DNA from: Candidatus Latescibacterota bacterium
Lineage (GTDB): Bacteria > Latescibacterota > UBA2968 > SICM01
Direction of reading: 5' to 3'
Assembly (NCBI GenBank): GCA_965217865.1
Contig: CBDCJO010000002.1
Coordinates: 3,424,001-3,488,000 of the forward strand
DNA length: 64,000 bases
The translations under genes and the position numbers were made by a program. The notes beneath the pieces are model-generated. The model was not told the DNA's origin. It saw only the letters and a list, made by a program, of their open reading frames with translations, and did not search any database. Every line of letters starts with the position of its first letter. Position 1 is the first letter of the stretch. Below, in pieces: positions 9,894 to 20,577 of this stretch.

Positions 9894-11228
9894 GTGGACG
9901 AAGGCAGCCGAGAATACGTGTTGAACGCAGCAAAAGAGGGTCACGTCAAATTCATCCGGCTCTGGTTCACCGACATTCTCGGGTTGTTAAAGAGCGTCGC
10001 CATCACGGTGGAACAGCTCGAAGATGCCCTTGAAGAGGGGGTCGGTTTCGACGGATCCTCGGTGGAGGGATTTGCCCGGATCGATGAGAGCGATATGATC
10101 GCGATGCCCGATCCGAACACGTTCCAGCTCCTTCCGTGGCGGCCCCACGAGCGGGAGACCGTCGCGCGGATGTTCTGCGACATCCTTCAGCCGAACGGCA
10201 AGGCTTACGAAGGGGATCCCCGTTGGGTTCTCAAGAAGAATCTAAAGAGGGCCTCCGACCTGGGGTTTTCCTTTTATGTGAGTCCGGAGTTGGAATTTTT
10301 CTACTTCAAGGGGCCCTCACTTCCGCTCGAACCCCTGGATCAAGGGGGATATTTCGACCAGACTCCCCTCGACGTGGCAAGCGACCTTCGACGGGACACG
10401 GTGTTGTCACTGGAAAAATTGGGCATCGAGGTGGAGCACAGCCACCACGAAGGGGCCCCGAGCCAGCACGAGATCGATCTGACCTACACCGATGCTCTGA
10501 CCATGGCCGACAACGCGATGACCTATCGGATCGTGGTCAAGGAGGTTGCTCTCAAGCACGGAACCTACGCGACGTTCATGCCAAAGCCGATCTGGGGCAT
10601 CAACGGAAATGGAATGCACACCCACCAATCGCTCTTCCGCGGTGACCGAAACGCGTTTTTCGATCCCGAGGATCGATATCACCTGTCAAAGATCGCGCGG
10701 GGCTATATCGCTGGACTTCTCCGCCACGCCCCGGAAATCACCCTGATCACCAACCAGTGGGTAAATTCATACAAACGCCTGGTTCCGGGCTACGAGGCCC
10801 CCGTATACACCTCGTGGGCTGTTGTCAATCGGGCAGACCTCGTACGTGTCCCGGCCTACAAGCCGGGGAAGGAGAACACCACAAGAATCGAATACCGATC
10901 TCCGGATCCGGCGTGCAACCCGTATCTGGCCTTCGCGGTGATGCTGGCCGCGGGCCTGGATGGGATCGAGAAAGACTACGAGATCGGGCCTCCTTCGAAC
11001 CGTAACGTTTCCGAGATGACGGAGGAGGAACGCGCCGGCCTGGGGATTACGACCCTGCCGGAAGACCTTTTAGAGGCGATCAGACTTGCTGAGGGAAGCG
11101 ACCTGGTGAGGGAGGCGCTAGGGGATCACGTCTTCACGAAGTATATCGAGAACAAAAAGATCGAGTGGGAGAACTACCGGGCGCAGGTCACCTCATACGA
11201 GCTCGAAAAATACCTGTCGATTCTGTGA
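9894..11228 (+). CDS. glnA: glutamine synthetase type I
   Basis: FDGSS, HHE, TFMPKP, NG.GMH, NSYKRLVPGYEAP, RIEYRSPDP. Confidence 0.95.
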   Translation: MDEGSREYVLNAAKEGHVKFIRLWFTDILGLLKSVAITVEQLEDALEEGVGFDGSSVEGFARIDESDMIAMPDPNTFQLLPWRPHERETVARMFCDILQPNGKAYEGDPRWVLKKNLKRASDLGFSFYVSPELEFFYFKGPSLPLEPLDQGGYFDQTPLDVASDLRRDTVLSLEKLGIEVEHSHHEGAPSQHEIDLTYTDALTMADNAMTYRIVVKEVALKHGTYATFMPKPIWGINGNGMHTHQSLFRGDRNAFFDPEDRYHLSKIARGYIAGLLRHAPEITLITNQWVNSYKRLVPGYEAPVYTSWAVVNRADLVRVPAYKPGKENTTRIEYRSPDPACNPYLAFAVMLAAGLDGIEKDYEIGPPSNRNVSEMTEEERAGLGITTLPEDLLEAIRLAEGSDLVREALGDHVFTKYIENKKIEWENYRAQVTSYELEKYLSIL

Positions 11229-11246
11229 TGATCGGAAAGGGCGGGA

Positions 11247-12041
11247 TTAGAATGACTCGACGATTCCAACGGTGCAACCGGCCATGAGGAGGAGAAGGCC
11301 CAGGGCCATCAGAGGAAGGCGTCTGTCGTAACGCTCGTGGGTCCAGTTGGAGATTCGAAGGGGCAGGCAGGCGAGGGTGGTGAAGAGGATCCCGATCAGG
11401 TCGATCGAAAGGGAGACGACAAAGAGCCCCACCGCGAACGGAACGCCCATGAGCAGGACGATTGCTGGGACGGAGAGGAGCAAGCCGCGGTTGAAGATCC
11501 AAAAAGCGACCCCGAACAAATGGTCGATGCTTGTGGGGTAGGTTGAACGGCGGCGGTTAAAAAACCAGATGATCCCGGCCAGCGCCATCAGAGGAAGGTA
11601 TACGGCACCGACAAACGCCCAGAGATATACAAGCCCCTTCAGATAGATTCGAACGGGCCAGAGATTCGCATACAGGCTGGACGAATACGCAGGGACGAAA
11701 GTCAGGGCCGCCACCCCTACGATGAGGAAGATCTTTCGCCGCTTCCAGTAGATGTCCTGCATCGTCTCCACCACGTGAGCGGGGTTCCAGAGCCGAATAA
11801 AGAGATCGCCTCCCAGCCGTCTCAGAATCACCCCGAATCGCTCGGCTCGAGGGAGTCCGACTTGCTCCAGGATGATCAGCAGGATTCCGGCGATGCCCAA
11901 CCCCAGACCCGCACTCCACCCGTGAATCGGTTGAAACGGCACGAGCACCTCCGCAAGATTTGCCTCTCTTCTTCCTCTCTTCTTCCCATCTTTCCCTATC
12001 CCGTTTCTATACGATCGACTTTCCATCCGACGGATGACCAT
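11247..12041 (-). CDS. hypothetical multi-pass membrane protein (start uncertain)
   Basis: Several hydrophobic helices; same orientation as the upstream phosphodiesterase. Confidence 0.55.
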   Translation of the reverse strand: MVIRRMESRSYRNGIGKDGKKRGRREANLAEVLVPFQPIHGWSAGLGLGIAGILLIILEQVGLPRAERFGVILRRLGGDLFIRLWNPAHVVETMQDIYWKRRKIFLIVGVAALTFVPAYSSSLYANLWPVRIYLKGLVYLWAFVGAVYLPLMALAGIIWFFNRRRSTYPTSIDHLFGVAFWIFNRGLLLSVPAIVLLMGVPFAVGLFVVSLSIDLIGILFTTLACLPLRISNWTHERYDRRLPLMALGLLLLMAGCTVGIVESF

Positions 12042-13440
12042 TCCCCTTCCCCGTGAGGTGCAGGATCGTCGGGAAGACGTCCACGGTTCTAATATGCCCG
12101 GGTTTTACGGGGGCGTTGATGGCGAGTGGGACCAGCATGTGTTCTCGTTCAAGAGACCCGTGGGACGCGCGGTGTTCCGGATGTTCGTAATCGTTGGACC
12201 GGAGGTCGCAGCCCTTCCGGGCACTCAAGACAAGGTCTCCCGTCCGGCTGGCGTCGAAGATCTGGAGGACCTGCAAAAAGACATCGGGATAGGTCGAATC
12301 GAAAGTCAGATCGAGGGATTCATCCCGGGAGAAAGATGGGGGCATGTGAACAAATCCGAACGGATCTCCTCCCTCGATTCTGTAATGGATCCGCCCATCG
12401 GCGTCCTTTCGAATAAAGCCCTCCCCCCGACGGCTCACGACGCAAACCTCCCCATTTTTTCTCTGTCCGACGACGAGGTCGATCTCATCCCGCTCCAGTA
12501 AGGTCGCCACCAGGTCCTGCTTCCCCCCTCGAATGACATCGTAGCAATTTCGACCCCCGACCCATCCCTCCGGCCCGGCCAGGTAGACGTGACCCATTGC
12601 GTTGCCGGAGACCATGAATGCCGCCGTCGCCCGGTTCCTGGCGATGAGGGGATAGTGAAGCGTCTTGTATCCCACCTGATCTAGAAAATCGCCGGGGTCG
12701 AAGTGCGTATGCGTGGCCGAAAGGCCATGATCGCTCGAGAGGATAAGGAGAGTCTCTGAGAGTCGACCTTCGGTTTTCAAAAAATCACACGTCTCTCCGA
12801 TGGCCTGATCCAGCTTCCGATATGCCCCCAAGGTGGTCTCGGAGGAGGGGTCGGTCAGGTGGGCATACTCATCCACACCCGGGAAGACCACATATACGAA
12901 GTCAGGGTGACGGCGGAGGGCCGATCTCAACAGACGATGGGCGGCTTCATCTACGAGATCCCAGCGATCTGTGAAGTGGGCGTAAATCCAGAAGAGGCTC
13001 CTGAGCACCTTGGTGCGATTGCCGAGGAATGTAGCGCCCCGATTGATGGTGCTGAAGATGCTCGTCGGGCGGTCGAAGATTTCGTAGAGGGTCGGAGTGG
13101 CCAGATCCAGGTCTTTATTGATCAGATAACTGCCACCGCCCACGTAGCTCCGGCAACTTCCAACCCCCCACATCCCCCACCTCCGATATCCCTCCCGGTC
13201 GAACCACCGGATTCCCGGAAGGTTGCACGGGCCCGGAAATCGACCTGCAAGGAAGGGGAGATAGGCTGGACCGGTGGTTGATGGAAACGCGGTGGTCGCC
13301 CTTCGATAGCTCCCGGCCTCGACGATGGAGGATGCGATATTCGGCAGGTCTCCCCGCTTGAGGAGACCCTCAAGGACATCAGGCCGAGCGCCGTCCGCAA
13401 GGAAGAGGATACACGAATTGAACCTTTGGGGGGGGGTCAT
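12007..13440 (-). CDS. alkaline phosphatase superfamily / nucleotide pyrophosphatase-phosphodiesterase
   Basis: ADG, FPSTTGPAY, D..AH, SSDHG, ASHGS motifs. Confidence 0.85.
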   Translation of the reverse strand: MTPPQRFNSCILFLADGARPDVLEGLLKRGDLPNIASSIVEAGSYRRATTAFPSTTGPAYLPFLAGRFPGPCNLPGIRWFDREGYRRWGMWGVGSCRSYVGGGSYLINKDLDLATPTLYEIFDRPTSIFSTINRGATFLGNRTKVLRSLFWIYAHFTDRWDLVDEAAHRLLRSALRRHPDFVYVVFPGVDEYAHLTDPSSETTLGAYRKLDQAIGETCDFLKTEGRLSETLLILSSDHGLSATHTHFDPGDFLDQVGYKTLHYPLIARNRATAAFMVSGNAMGHVYLAGPEGWVGGRNCYDVIRGGKQDLVATLLERDEIDLVVGQRKNGEVCVVSRRGEGFIRKDADGRIHYRIEGGDPFGFVHMPPSFSRDESLDLTFDSTYPDVFLQVLQIFDASRTGDLVLSARKGCDLRSNDYEHPEHRASHGSLEREHMLVPLAINAPVKPGHIRTVDVFPTILHLTGKGNGHPSDGKSIV

Positions 13441-13526
13441 CAAAACTCCCAAAGCTACCCGTTTATTCCCCGTTATGTCAACTCTTTTCTTTTTTGTCCC
13501 CCTGAAACGATAATTTCAAAATTCAG

Positions 13527-13554
13527 TTGACAATGCCCGAATCCTTGATATATT
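13527..13554 (+). promoter_or_regulatory. probable sigma70 promoter of the Mo-hydroxylase operon
   Basis: TTGACA-16-TATATT. Confidence 0.55.
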
Positions 13555-13683
13555 GGGCGATGTTTACAGTAAGATCCAGTCGTGTTTGCGGCCAAAAAAA
13601 GGGATCTCTTTTTAAGGCCGGTAGGAGGTCATGAGTAAAGGCCCCTTCATGAAGGAAAATCTCCATTAGAAAGGAGAGACACC

Positions 13684-14568
13684 TTGCAAGATTTCGACTT
13701 CGTCTCAGCCAAAACCCTGAAAGAGGCGGTCTCCCTGCTGAACAGAAAGAGGGACCATACCTATCTCCTTGCGGGGGGGACGGATCTGATTGTCCTGCTG
13801 AGGGAGGGAAAGCGTAAGGCCAATCTCGTTGTGGACGTCAAGAATATCCCACAGCTCAATCGCCTGTCCTATAGTGCGAAACAGGGGCTTACGCTCGGTT
13901 CTTCCGTCCCGTGCTGTCAGATCTACGAGGATAAGGCAGTCGCGAAGGCCTATCCGGGCCTGATCGACGCGGTTTCCCTGATCGGCGGTATTCAGATCCA
14001 GGGAAGGGCGTCTGTGGGAGGAAACCTCTGCAACGCGTCGCCTGCTGCAGACACCATTCCGATCCTGATCGCGCTTGGCGCGGTCTGCAACATCGCGGGG
14101 CCGAAGGGAACGCGAAGGGTCCCTGTCGAGGACTTCTGCGTGGCCCCGGGGCGCACGGTGCTTAAGAAGGGTGAACTGCTTGTGTCGATGAATTTCCGGC
14201 CTCCGAAACCCCGTTCAGGCGCTTTCTACCTCAGATTCATCCCCCGAAACGAGATGGACATCGCGGTGGTGGGCGCCGGTGCGTCGGTGGTGCTCGACGC
14301 CCGGAAAAAGAATTTCGAATCCGTCCGAGTGGCCCTGGGTGCAGTTGCCCCCACGCCGCTGTTCGCCCGGGAAGCAGGAGAGGCCCTGAAGGGAAAGCCG
14401 GTTTCCGACGCGTCTATCGATCTGGCGGTTGAAGCAGCGAGGACGGCGGCCAGGCCGATCAGCGACATGAGGGGAACCGCGGCGTATCGACGACACTTGG
14501 TCGGGGTGCTGACGCGACGGGCACTGGAGGGAGCGATTCAACGAGCCAAGGGAGGCAAGAAACGATGA
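13684..14568 (+). CDS. xanthine dehydrogenase/CoxM-like FAD-binding subunit
   Basis: AGGTDL, GGNLCNASPAAD, PISDMRG. Confidence 0.9.
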   Translation: MQDFDFVSAKTLKEAVSLLNRKRDHTYLLAGGTDLIVLLREGKRKANLVVDVKNIPQLNRLSYSAKQGLTLGSSVPCCQIYEDKAVAKAYPGLIDAVSLIGGIQIQGRASVGGNLCNASPAADTIPILIALGAVCNIAGPKGTRRVPVEDFCVAPGRTVLKKGELLVSMNFRPPKPRSGAFYLRFIPRNEMDIAVVGAGASVVLDARKKNFESVRVALGAVAPTPLFAREAGEALKGKPVSDASIDLAVEAARTAARPISDMRGTAAYRRHLVGVLTRRALEGAIQRAKGGKKR

Positions 14569-15050
14569 GCAAGGTCCACATTCAGACAAAGATCAACGGA
14601 GACGACGTCGAGTTCCTGTGTAACCCCCGGCAAACCCTTCTGGAAGTGCTGCGGGACCACCTGGAGATGACGGGTACGAAGGAAGGTTGCAGCAACGGCA
14701 ACTGCGGGGCGTGCAGCGTGCAACTGGATGGTCGCCTGGTCGACTCCTGTCTGGTTCTGGCCGTCGAGGTCGACGGGAGGGAGGTCGAGACCATCGAGGG
14801 GATCGCGAGTCCTGAAGGCCTCCATCCCCTTCAGCAGAAATTCCTGGAACACGCCGCGCTCCAGTGCGGGGTTTGCACACCCGGTTTTCTCGTTGCATCC
14901 AAAGCCCTGCTGGAGAAGAACCCGCTTCCGACGGAACACCAGGTTCGATACTGGCTGGCCGGCAACCTCTGCCGTTGCACGGGCTACGACAAAATTATCC
15001 GGGCCGTCCTCGATGCGGCCAAGGTGAAAAAAGGCAAAGCGAAAAAATAA
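14565..15050 (+). CDS. CoxS-like (2Fe-2S) subunit
   Basis: GC..G.CGAC, QCG.CTPG, NLCRCTGY. Confidence 0.92.
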   Translation: MSKVHIQTKINGDDVEFLCNPRQTLLEVLRDHLEMTGTKEGCSNGNCGACSVQLDGRLVDSCLVLAVEVDGREVETIEGIASPEGLHPLQQKFLEHAALQCGVCTPGFLVASKALLEKNPLPTEHQVRYWLAGNLCRCTGYDKIIRAVLDAAKVKKGKAKK

Positions 15051-15101
15051 GGCCGCCACGGATGAGGCTTTGAACCTTACTCGAGTTGGAGGAGATACTT
15101 C

Positions 15102-17351
15102 ATGGCAGACGTGAGGGAATTTAAAGTCGTGGGAACCCGGCCCATCCGGCACGACGGGACGGACAAGGTGACCGGAAGGGCCCTCTACGGGGCTGACGTG
15201 AGTATGGCGGGTCTTCTGCACGGCAGGATACTCAGGAGCCCGCACGCCCACGCAATCATCAAATCGATTAACGTGAAGAAAGCTCTGGCCCTTCCCGGGG
15301 TGAAGGCGGTTGTGACCTCAGCGGACCTTCCTAAATTGCCACAGAAGGTTGCGGATGCGGGGGAAGGGATCTATGATCTGAATTGGCTGGGGCAAAATGT
15401 GCTGGCCGGAAAAAAAACCCTCTATAAGGGTCACGCGGTGGCCGGAGTGGCCGCTGTCGACGCCAACACAGCCGAAGAGGCGCTGTCCCTGATCAAGGTG
15501 AACTACGAGGTCCTTCAGCCCGTCCTGACTGTCCAGGAGGCGATGAAGAAGGGCGCGCCTCTCCTCCTGCCGGGTCTCAGGATGGAATCCCTGGGCAAGA
15601 AGACCAACAAGCCGAGCAACATCGCAAAGCACTTCCAGTTCAAGAAGGGTGACATAAAGAAGGGGTTCAAAGAGGCCGATGTGGTTGTGGAGCGGGAGTT
15701 CAACATGGCCACGGTCCATCAAGGCTACATCGAGACCCACAACGCCACGGCCCTCTGGAACCCGGACGGGCAGATCACGATCTGGACCAGCACACAGGGT
15801 TCGTTTGTGATTCGTGACCAGGTGGCGGACCTCCTCCAGGTTCCCGTGTCCAAAATCAAGGTCGTGCCGATGGAGATCGGTGGGGGCTTCGGGGGAAAGA
15901 TCCGGGTCTACCTTCAGCCGGTGGCCGCCCTGTTGTCGAAGAAGACGGGTCATCCGGTCAAGATCGTCATGAACCGGCAAGAGGTCCTGGAGGGGACAGG
16001 TCCCACTCCCGGCTGCAATGTCCGCGTGAAGATGGGCGCCACCAACCAGGGAAGGATCACCGCAGCCGAGGCGTATCTGGCATTCGAGTCCGGGGCCTTT
16101 CCCGGATCGCCGGTCGGGGCAGGGGCGATGTGCGTCTTTGCTGCCTACGATTTGGAAAACGCTCAGGTGGACGGTTACGACGTGGTGGTGAACAAACCCC
16201 AAAGTGCAGCCTATCGGGCACCGGGGGCCACCCAGGCGGCCATGGCCACAGAGACCGTTGTCGACGAGATCACGGAGAAGCTGGGGCTGGATCCAATCGA
16301 GTTCAGGTTGAAGAACGCCGCGAAGGAGGGCACCCGGCGGGTGGATGGCCCAATCTTCCCGAGGATCGGCTGCATCGAGACGCTGGAGGCGACGAAGAAC
16401 CATCCTCACTATTCGGCCCCCCTGAAGGGCAAGAACCGGGGGCGGGGCGTTGCAGTCGGCTTCTGGTTTAACGTGGGTCTGGCATCCAGCGCGACGGCCA
16501 GCGTGAATAACGACGGAACGATCAGCCTCGTCGAAGGGTCGACGGACATCGGCGGGACGCGGACCACGATGGCGATGCATGTGGCCGAGGAGCTGGGCAT
16601 CCGGGCGGAGGATGTGAAGCCGACGGTGGTGGACACCGATTCGATCGGTTTCACGCACGTGACCGGCGGGAGTCGGGTGACATTCGCCACGGGCTGGGCT
16701 TGCTACGAGGCCTCACAGGACATCAAACGGCAGCTCTGCGAGCGGGCGGCGAAGCTCTGGGAGATTTCATCGGATGACGTCGTGTATAAGGACGGCGCCT
16801 GTGTCTCCAGGTCGGCCCCGAGCAAACGGATCGGTTTCCAAGAGCTGGCCGGGAAACTGGATGTGACAGGGGGGCCGGTGGTGGGGCGCGCCACAGTCGA
16901 CCCCCAGGGGGTGGGCGGGGCGTTTTCCACGACCATTGTCGATGTGGAGGTGGACCCGGAGACAGGCAAAACGGAAATCCTGCGTTGTACCGTGGTCCAG
17001 GACGCGGGGAAGGCGATCCACCCGAGCTACGTCGAGGGGCAGATGCAGGGGGGGACGGTTCAGGGGATCGGCTGGGCCCTGAACGAAGAGTACTTCTACA
17101 ACGAAAAGGGGGAGATGGCCAACGCGAGCCTTCTCGACTACCGGATGCCGACCTCCCTCGACCTTCCGATGATCGACACGGTCATCGTCGAGGTGCCGAA
17201 CCCGGGCCATCCCTACGGTGTACGAGGCGTTGGAGAAGTATCGATCGGACCTCCGCCCGCGGCCATCGCCAACGCCATCTATCGGGCGGTTGGCGTTCGG
17301 ATGGACGTTCTCCCGATGACCCCCGGTGCCGTGATGTCGGAGATCCTGTAA
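15102..17351 (+). CDS. xanthine dehydrogenase family molybdopterin-binding subunit
   Basis: RSPHAHA, GGGFGGK, AYRAPG, VEGQ..GG..QG, GVGE. Confidence 0.92.
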   Translation: MADVREFKVVGTRPIRHDGTDKVTGRALYGADVSMAGLLHGRILRSPHAHAIIKSINVKKALALPGVKAVVTSADLPKLPQKVADAGEGIYDLNWLGQNVLAGKKTLYKGHAVAGVAAVDANTAEEALSLIKVNYEVLQPVLTVQEAMKKGAPLLLPGLRMESLGKKTNKPSNIAKHFQFKKGDIKKGFKEADVVVEREFNMATVHQGYIETHNATALWNPDGQITIWTSTQGSFVIRDQVADLLQVPVSKIKVVPMEIGGGFGGKIRVYLQPVAALLSKKTGHPVKIVMNRQEVLEGTGPTPGCNVRVKMGATNQGRITAAEAYLAFESGAFPGSPVGAGAMCVFAAYDLENAQVDGYDVVVNKPQSAAYRAPGATQAAMATETVVDEITEKLGLDPIEFRLKNAAKEGTRRVDGPIFPRIGCIETLEATKNHPHYSAPLKGKNRGRGVAVGFWFNVGLASSATASVNNDGTISLVEGSTDIGGTRTTMAMHVAEELGIRAEDVKPTVVDTDSIGFTHVTGGSRVTFATGWACYEASQDIKRQLCERAAKLWEISSDDVVYKDGACVSRSAPSKRIGFQELAGKLDVTGGPVVGRATVDPQGVGGAFSTTIVDVEVDPETGKTEILRCTVVQDAGKAIHPSYVEGQMQGGTVQGIGWALNEEYFYNEKGEMANASLLDYRMPTSLDLPMIDTVIVEVPNPGHPYGVRGVGEVSIGPPPAAIANAIYRAVGVRMDVLPMTPGAVMSEIL

Positions 17352-17367
17352 AAAGGAACTGATCTTT

Positions 17368-17634
17368 ATGGCGGTGGTCTACATCCCGTCGCTGATGCGG
17401 GATCTCACGGGCGGCGCCGATAAAGTAGAGGTGGCGGGAGAAACCCTTCGGCAGGTGGTGAACAACTTGGAGGCGGCATATCCAGGAGCGAAAGAACGTC
17501 TCTGCGAGGAGGATGGCATTCGGCCTGAGGTTGCCGTGGCTGTAGACGGAGAAGTGACCCGTATGGGGATGCTACAGACCGTGGGGCCAGAAAGCGAAGT
17601 CCATTTCCTGCCCGCTGTGAGCGGAGGATGTTGA
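17368..17634 (+). CDS. MoaD/ThiS family sulfur carrier
   Basis: Ubiquitin-like size, C-terminal PAVSGG(C). Confidence 0.85.
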   Translation: MAVVYIPSLMRDLTGGADKVEVAGETLRQVVNNLEAAYPGAKERLCEEDGIRPEVAVAVDGEVTRMGMLQTVGPESEVHFLPAVSGGC

Positions 17635-17750
17635 ATAGAAAAGGCGGACAACCGAAGGTTGAAGGATAAGAAAGTCAAAAGGCAAAGGGCAAACACCTGA
17701 GTCCCCCTTTGCCTTTTGACTTTTCACGATGGTCCTATGAAGGAGATTGT

Positions 17751-18471
17751 ATGGCTTCGTTCAAGAAGCCGGGAGATATCAAGGTGGGGGTGGTCGGGTA
17801 CGGCGGGGCTTTCAACACGGGCAAGCACCACCTGGAGGCGACGCGAAAGGCCGGCATGGAACCGGTTGCCGTGGCCGAAATCGATCCGGTTCGCCTGCGT
17901 CTGGCCACCGAGGAATTCCCGGGCATCCGGGGTTATGACTCGGTGGGTGGGATGTTAAAAAGGTCTGAGGTGGACCTGGTTGTCCTCGTAACCCCTCACA
18001 ACATGCACGCTAAACTGGGTCTGCAATGTCCCCGGGCTGGGCGGCCCGTGATCAGTGAAAAACCGTTGGCGATAACGACGGCCGAATGCGACGCTATGAT
18101 CAGGGAGGCGAAGAAACGGGGACTGGTCCTTTCGACCTACCACAATCGCCACTGGGATAACCCTGAGCATCTCAACGCTTGAAACGAATCCCAAGCCCGG
18201 CTGGCTGGAGGTCGCGGGTACGCATGGGAGCTACACCTTCGACCACAGCGGCTATCGGATGATACTGAAAAAGGGAAATCGGAAGTGGACGATCGAGCGG
18301 AAGAATCCCCGCAGCCGCGGGGAACGATACTATCGGAATCTCGTCGGCCACCTGGCCGGGGGGGAGAAATTGGTGATCACCCCGGAATGCTCCGGGCGCA
18401 CCATCCATATCCTGGATATGGCCGTGAAAAGCGCCCGGAAGGGGGCGGCGATCAAAACTCGATATCCATAA
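17751..18471 (+). pseudogene. Gfo/Idh/MocA oxidoreductase, internally deleted
   Basis: Intact N-domain (VGYGG, TPHN.H, EKP, HNRHWD) stops at 18182; C-terminal remnant in another frame to 18471. Confidence 0.75.
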
Positions 18472-18523
18472 GCCAAGAAAGCGAATTCCGGATGATCGGA
18501 AACCAAGCAGAAGGAGTGTTGAC

Positions 18524-19477
18524 ATGCCCCCGGACCTGAAGTCCCTGTCGATGCCGGCCGGCCTGGTTGCCGACGAAGAAGTCTCACCGGCTACGGTCGT
18601 TGCCTTCACCGAGGGACCTGCTGTGGATGCGGAAGGAAATGTCTTCTTTTCGGATATTCATAACAACCGGATCATGAAGTGGACGCCCGACGGATCGCTT
18701 TCCGTCTGGCGCACGGACAGCGGCCGGGCGAACGGGAACATGTTCGACGCAGAGGGCCGTCTGGTCACCTGCGAGGGGGCGGAGATGGGCCCGGGGGGGC
18801 GTCGCCGGATCACGCGGACCGATATGGGGACCGGGGCTGTGGAGGTGCTGGCCGATCGGTTCGAAGGAAAGCGCTACAACAGCCCGAACGATCTTGTTAT
18901 CGACAATGCCGGACGCATCATCTTTACGGATCCACGCTACGGGGATCGGGCCGACTTGGAGATGGCCGTCGAGGGGGTCTATCGGATCGAGCTAGACGGA
19001 ACGGTCGTACGTCTTTTGGGGCAGCCGGATGTCCAGAAACCGAACGGGGTGACGATCTCGCCCGACAACCGAACGCTCTACCTGGTGGACAGCAACGGGG
19101 CGCAGGGCGGAAACCGAAAAATCTGGGGGTTCGACATCGGAGAGGACGGTTCCCTCTCAGGACAGCGGGTGGTATACGACTTCGCCCCGGGTCGGGGCGG
19201 AGACGGGATCCGGACGGATGTCGAGGGAAACCTCTGGATCGCCGGGGGGATTCATTGTCCTCGAAAGAGCGAGACGACCCGCGTGCCGACGGGCGTTTTC
19301 GTGGTCACGCCGGATGGGGAGATTCTGGGGCGGATTCCGGTTCCTGAGGACCTCATCACAAACCTCGCCTTCGGGGGACCGGACCTCAAAACGCTGTATA
19401 TCGTCGCAGGGAAGACACTTTATTCAATCCGGGTCAATGTACCGGGACACCTTGTCTTTCCCAAGCCGCAGGCATAA
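18524..19477 (+). CDS. SMP-30/gluconolactonase family protein
   Basis: FTEGP, NSPND, KPNG, DG...D.EGNLW. Confidence 0.9.
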   Translation: MPPDLKSLSMPAGLVADEEVSPATVVAFTEGPAVDAEGNVFFSDIHNNRIMKWTPDGSLSVWRTDSGRANGNMFDAEGRLVTCEGAEMGPGGRRRITRTDMGTGAVEVLADRFEGKRYNSPNDLVIDNAGRIIFTDPRYGDRADLEMAVEGVYRIELDGTVVRLLGQPDVQKPNGVTISPDNRTLYLVDSNGAQGGNRKIWGFDIGEDGSLSGQRVVYDFAPGRGGDGIRTDVEGNLWIAGGIHCPRKSETTRVPTGVFVVTPDGEILGRIPVPEDLITNLAFGGPDLKTLYIVAGKTLYSIRVNVPGHLVFPKPQA

Positions 19478-19490
19478 GGAGATCCTTCCG

Positions 19491-20399
19491 ATGAAGATCG
19501 TCTACGCATTTCGCAGGGTCGCGGTTCATCCTCACACGGGGGGACTTGTCATTTCCGAAGGGAGCACGAGAGCGGACTTCCTAAAAAAGTCGAAGGAGAT
19601 CGGGTTTGACGGGTTGGAACTGGCCGAGGAAGGTGGGAGCGAGAAGGAGGTCCGCGACCTCAGGAAAACCCTCGTCTATGCCGGCCTCCCCTGTCTGGCG
19701 GTCCGGGGAGGGGGGGTTCATATCCACGCCAGGCACGCACGGGGGAACCGGGACCGAATGGAAAGGGCTCTGAAATATGCATCCTGGATCGGATCCCCGT
19801 TGGTCAACACCTCGATCGGCATGCCGCGACCTTATCCCGAAGGGCCGGGGAACTCCGTGGGAGAGCCCGTGTCACAGGGGTCCAGCCGTGATACGCGGGA
19901 GGAGGACTTCGAGCGGGCCGCCCGGGATCTGCTTGCTGTGGCGCCGATGGCCTCCGATCTGGGTCTCAAGATCTCGATCGAGGTCCATCAACACGGACTG
20001 GTCGATAACAGCTGGTCCGGGATACACCTGATGGAACTTGTGGACAATCCCGTTGTCGGACTCAATCCGGACCTGGGCAATATTTACTGGGTGTACGATG
20101 TTCCGGAGGAATCGGCCGAGGACGCGATCCAGGCAATGGCTCCCCGATCCTTTTACTGGCATTGCAAGAACCTGAGGCGTACCCATATCCCTGAATTAGA
20201 TAAGGCGATTTTCCACCAGCTTCCCCTTCCGGACGGGGATATCGATTACCGGTTCGCAATTACGGCCATGGTCCGGGCGGGGTACCCGGGGAATCTCGCG
20301 ATAGAGGGTATCCGGCAGGGGGATCCGTTCTATCGGGATGGGAAGAGTGTTGCCTATGTGAGGGAGATCTTAAAGGAACTGGAAAAGTCGGGGGAATGA
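19491..20399 (+). CDS. sugar phosphate isomerase/epimerase (xylose isomerase-like TIM barrel)
   Basis: GFDGLEL, IE.H, NPDLGN, HCKN, G.IDY; AAGGAG RBS. Confidence 0.8.
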   Translation: MKIVYAFRRVAVHPHTGGLVISEGSTRADFLKKSKEIGFDGLELAEEGGSEKEVRDLRKTLVYAGLPCLAVRGGGVHIHARHARGNRDRMERALKYASWIGSPLVNTSIGMPRPYPEGPGNSVGEPVSQGSSRDTREEDFERAARDLLAVAPMASDLGLKISIEVHQHGLVDNSWSGIHLMELVDNPVVGLNPDLGNIYWVYDVPEESAEDAIQAMAPRSFYWHCKNLRRTHIPELDKAIFHQLPLPDGDIDYRFAITAMVRAGYPGNLAIEGIRQGDPFYRDGKSVAYVREILKELEKSGE

Positions 20400-20577
20400 G
20401 GTCGGAGGTCAGAGGCCAGGGAAAAGCAGTAGCAGGTGCAGTGGCAGGAAGAGCAAAGGCAGGGGTCGGAGAAGTTGAATATTGAAGATTGAAGCGCGAG
20501 ATCCCAAAGAAAACAAAGAAAGTCCTGAGTTTCAGATATTCAATTTTCCGATATTCAATATTCAATGGGGTGCGGTC

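Noticed and set aside
15318-16658. Long antisense ORFs (also 20260-21459, 24858-26201, 29602-30657, 37757-38809, 61668-63242)
   Set aside because: Shadows of well-supported opposite-strand genes in GC-rich DNA; no motifs.
15102-17351. Aerobic CO dehydrogenase call
   Set aside because: Lacks the form I and form II active-site motifs.
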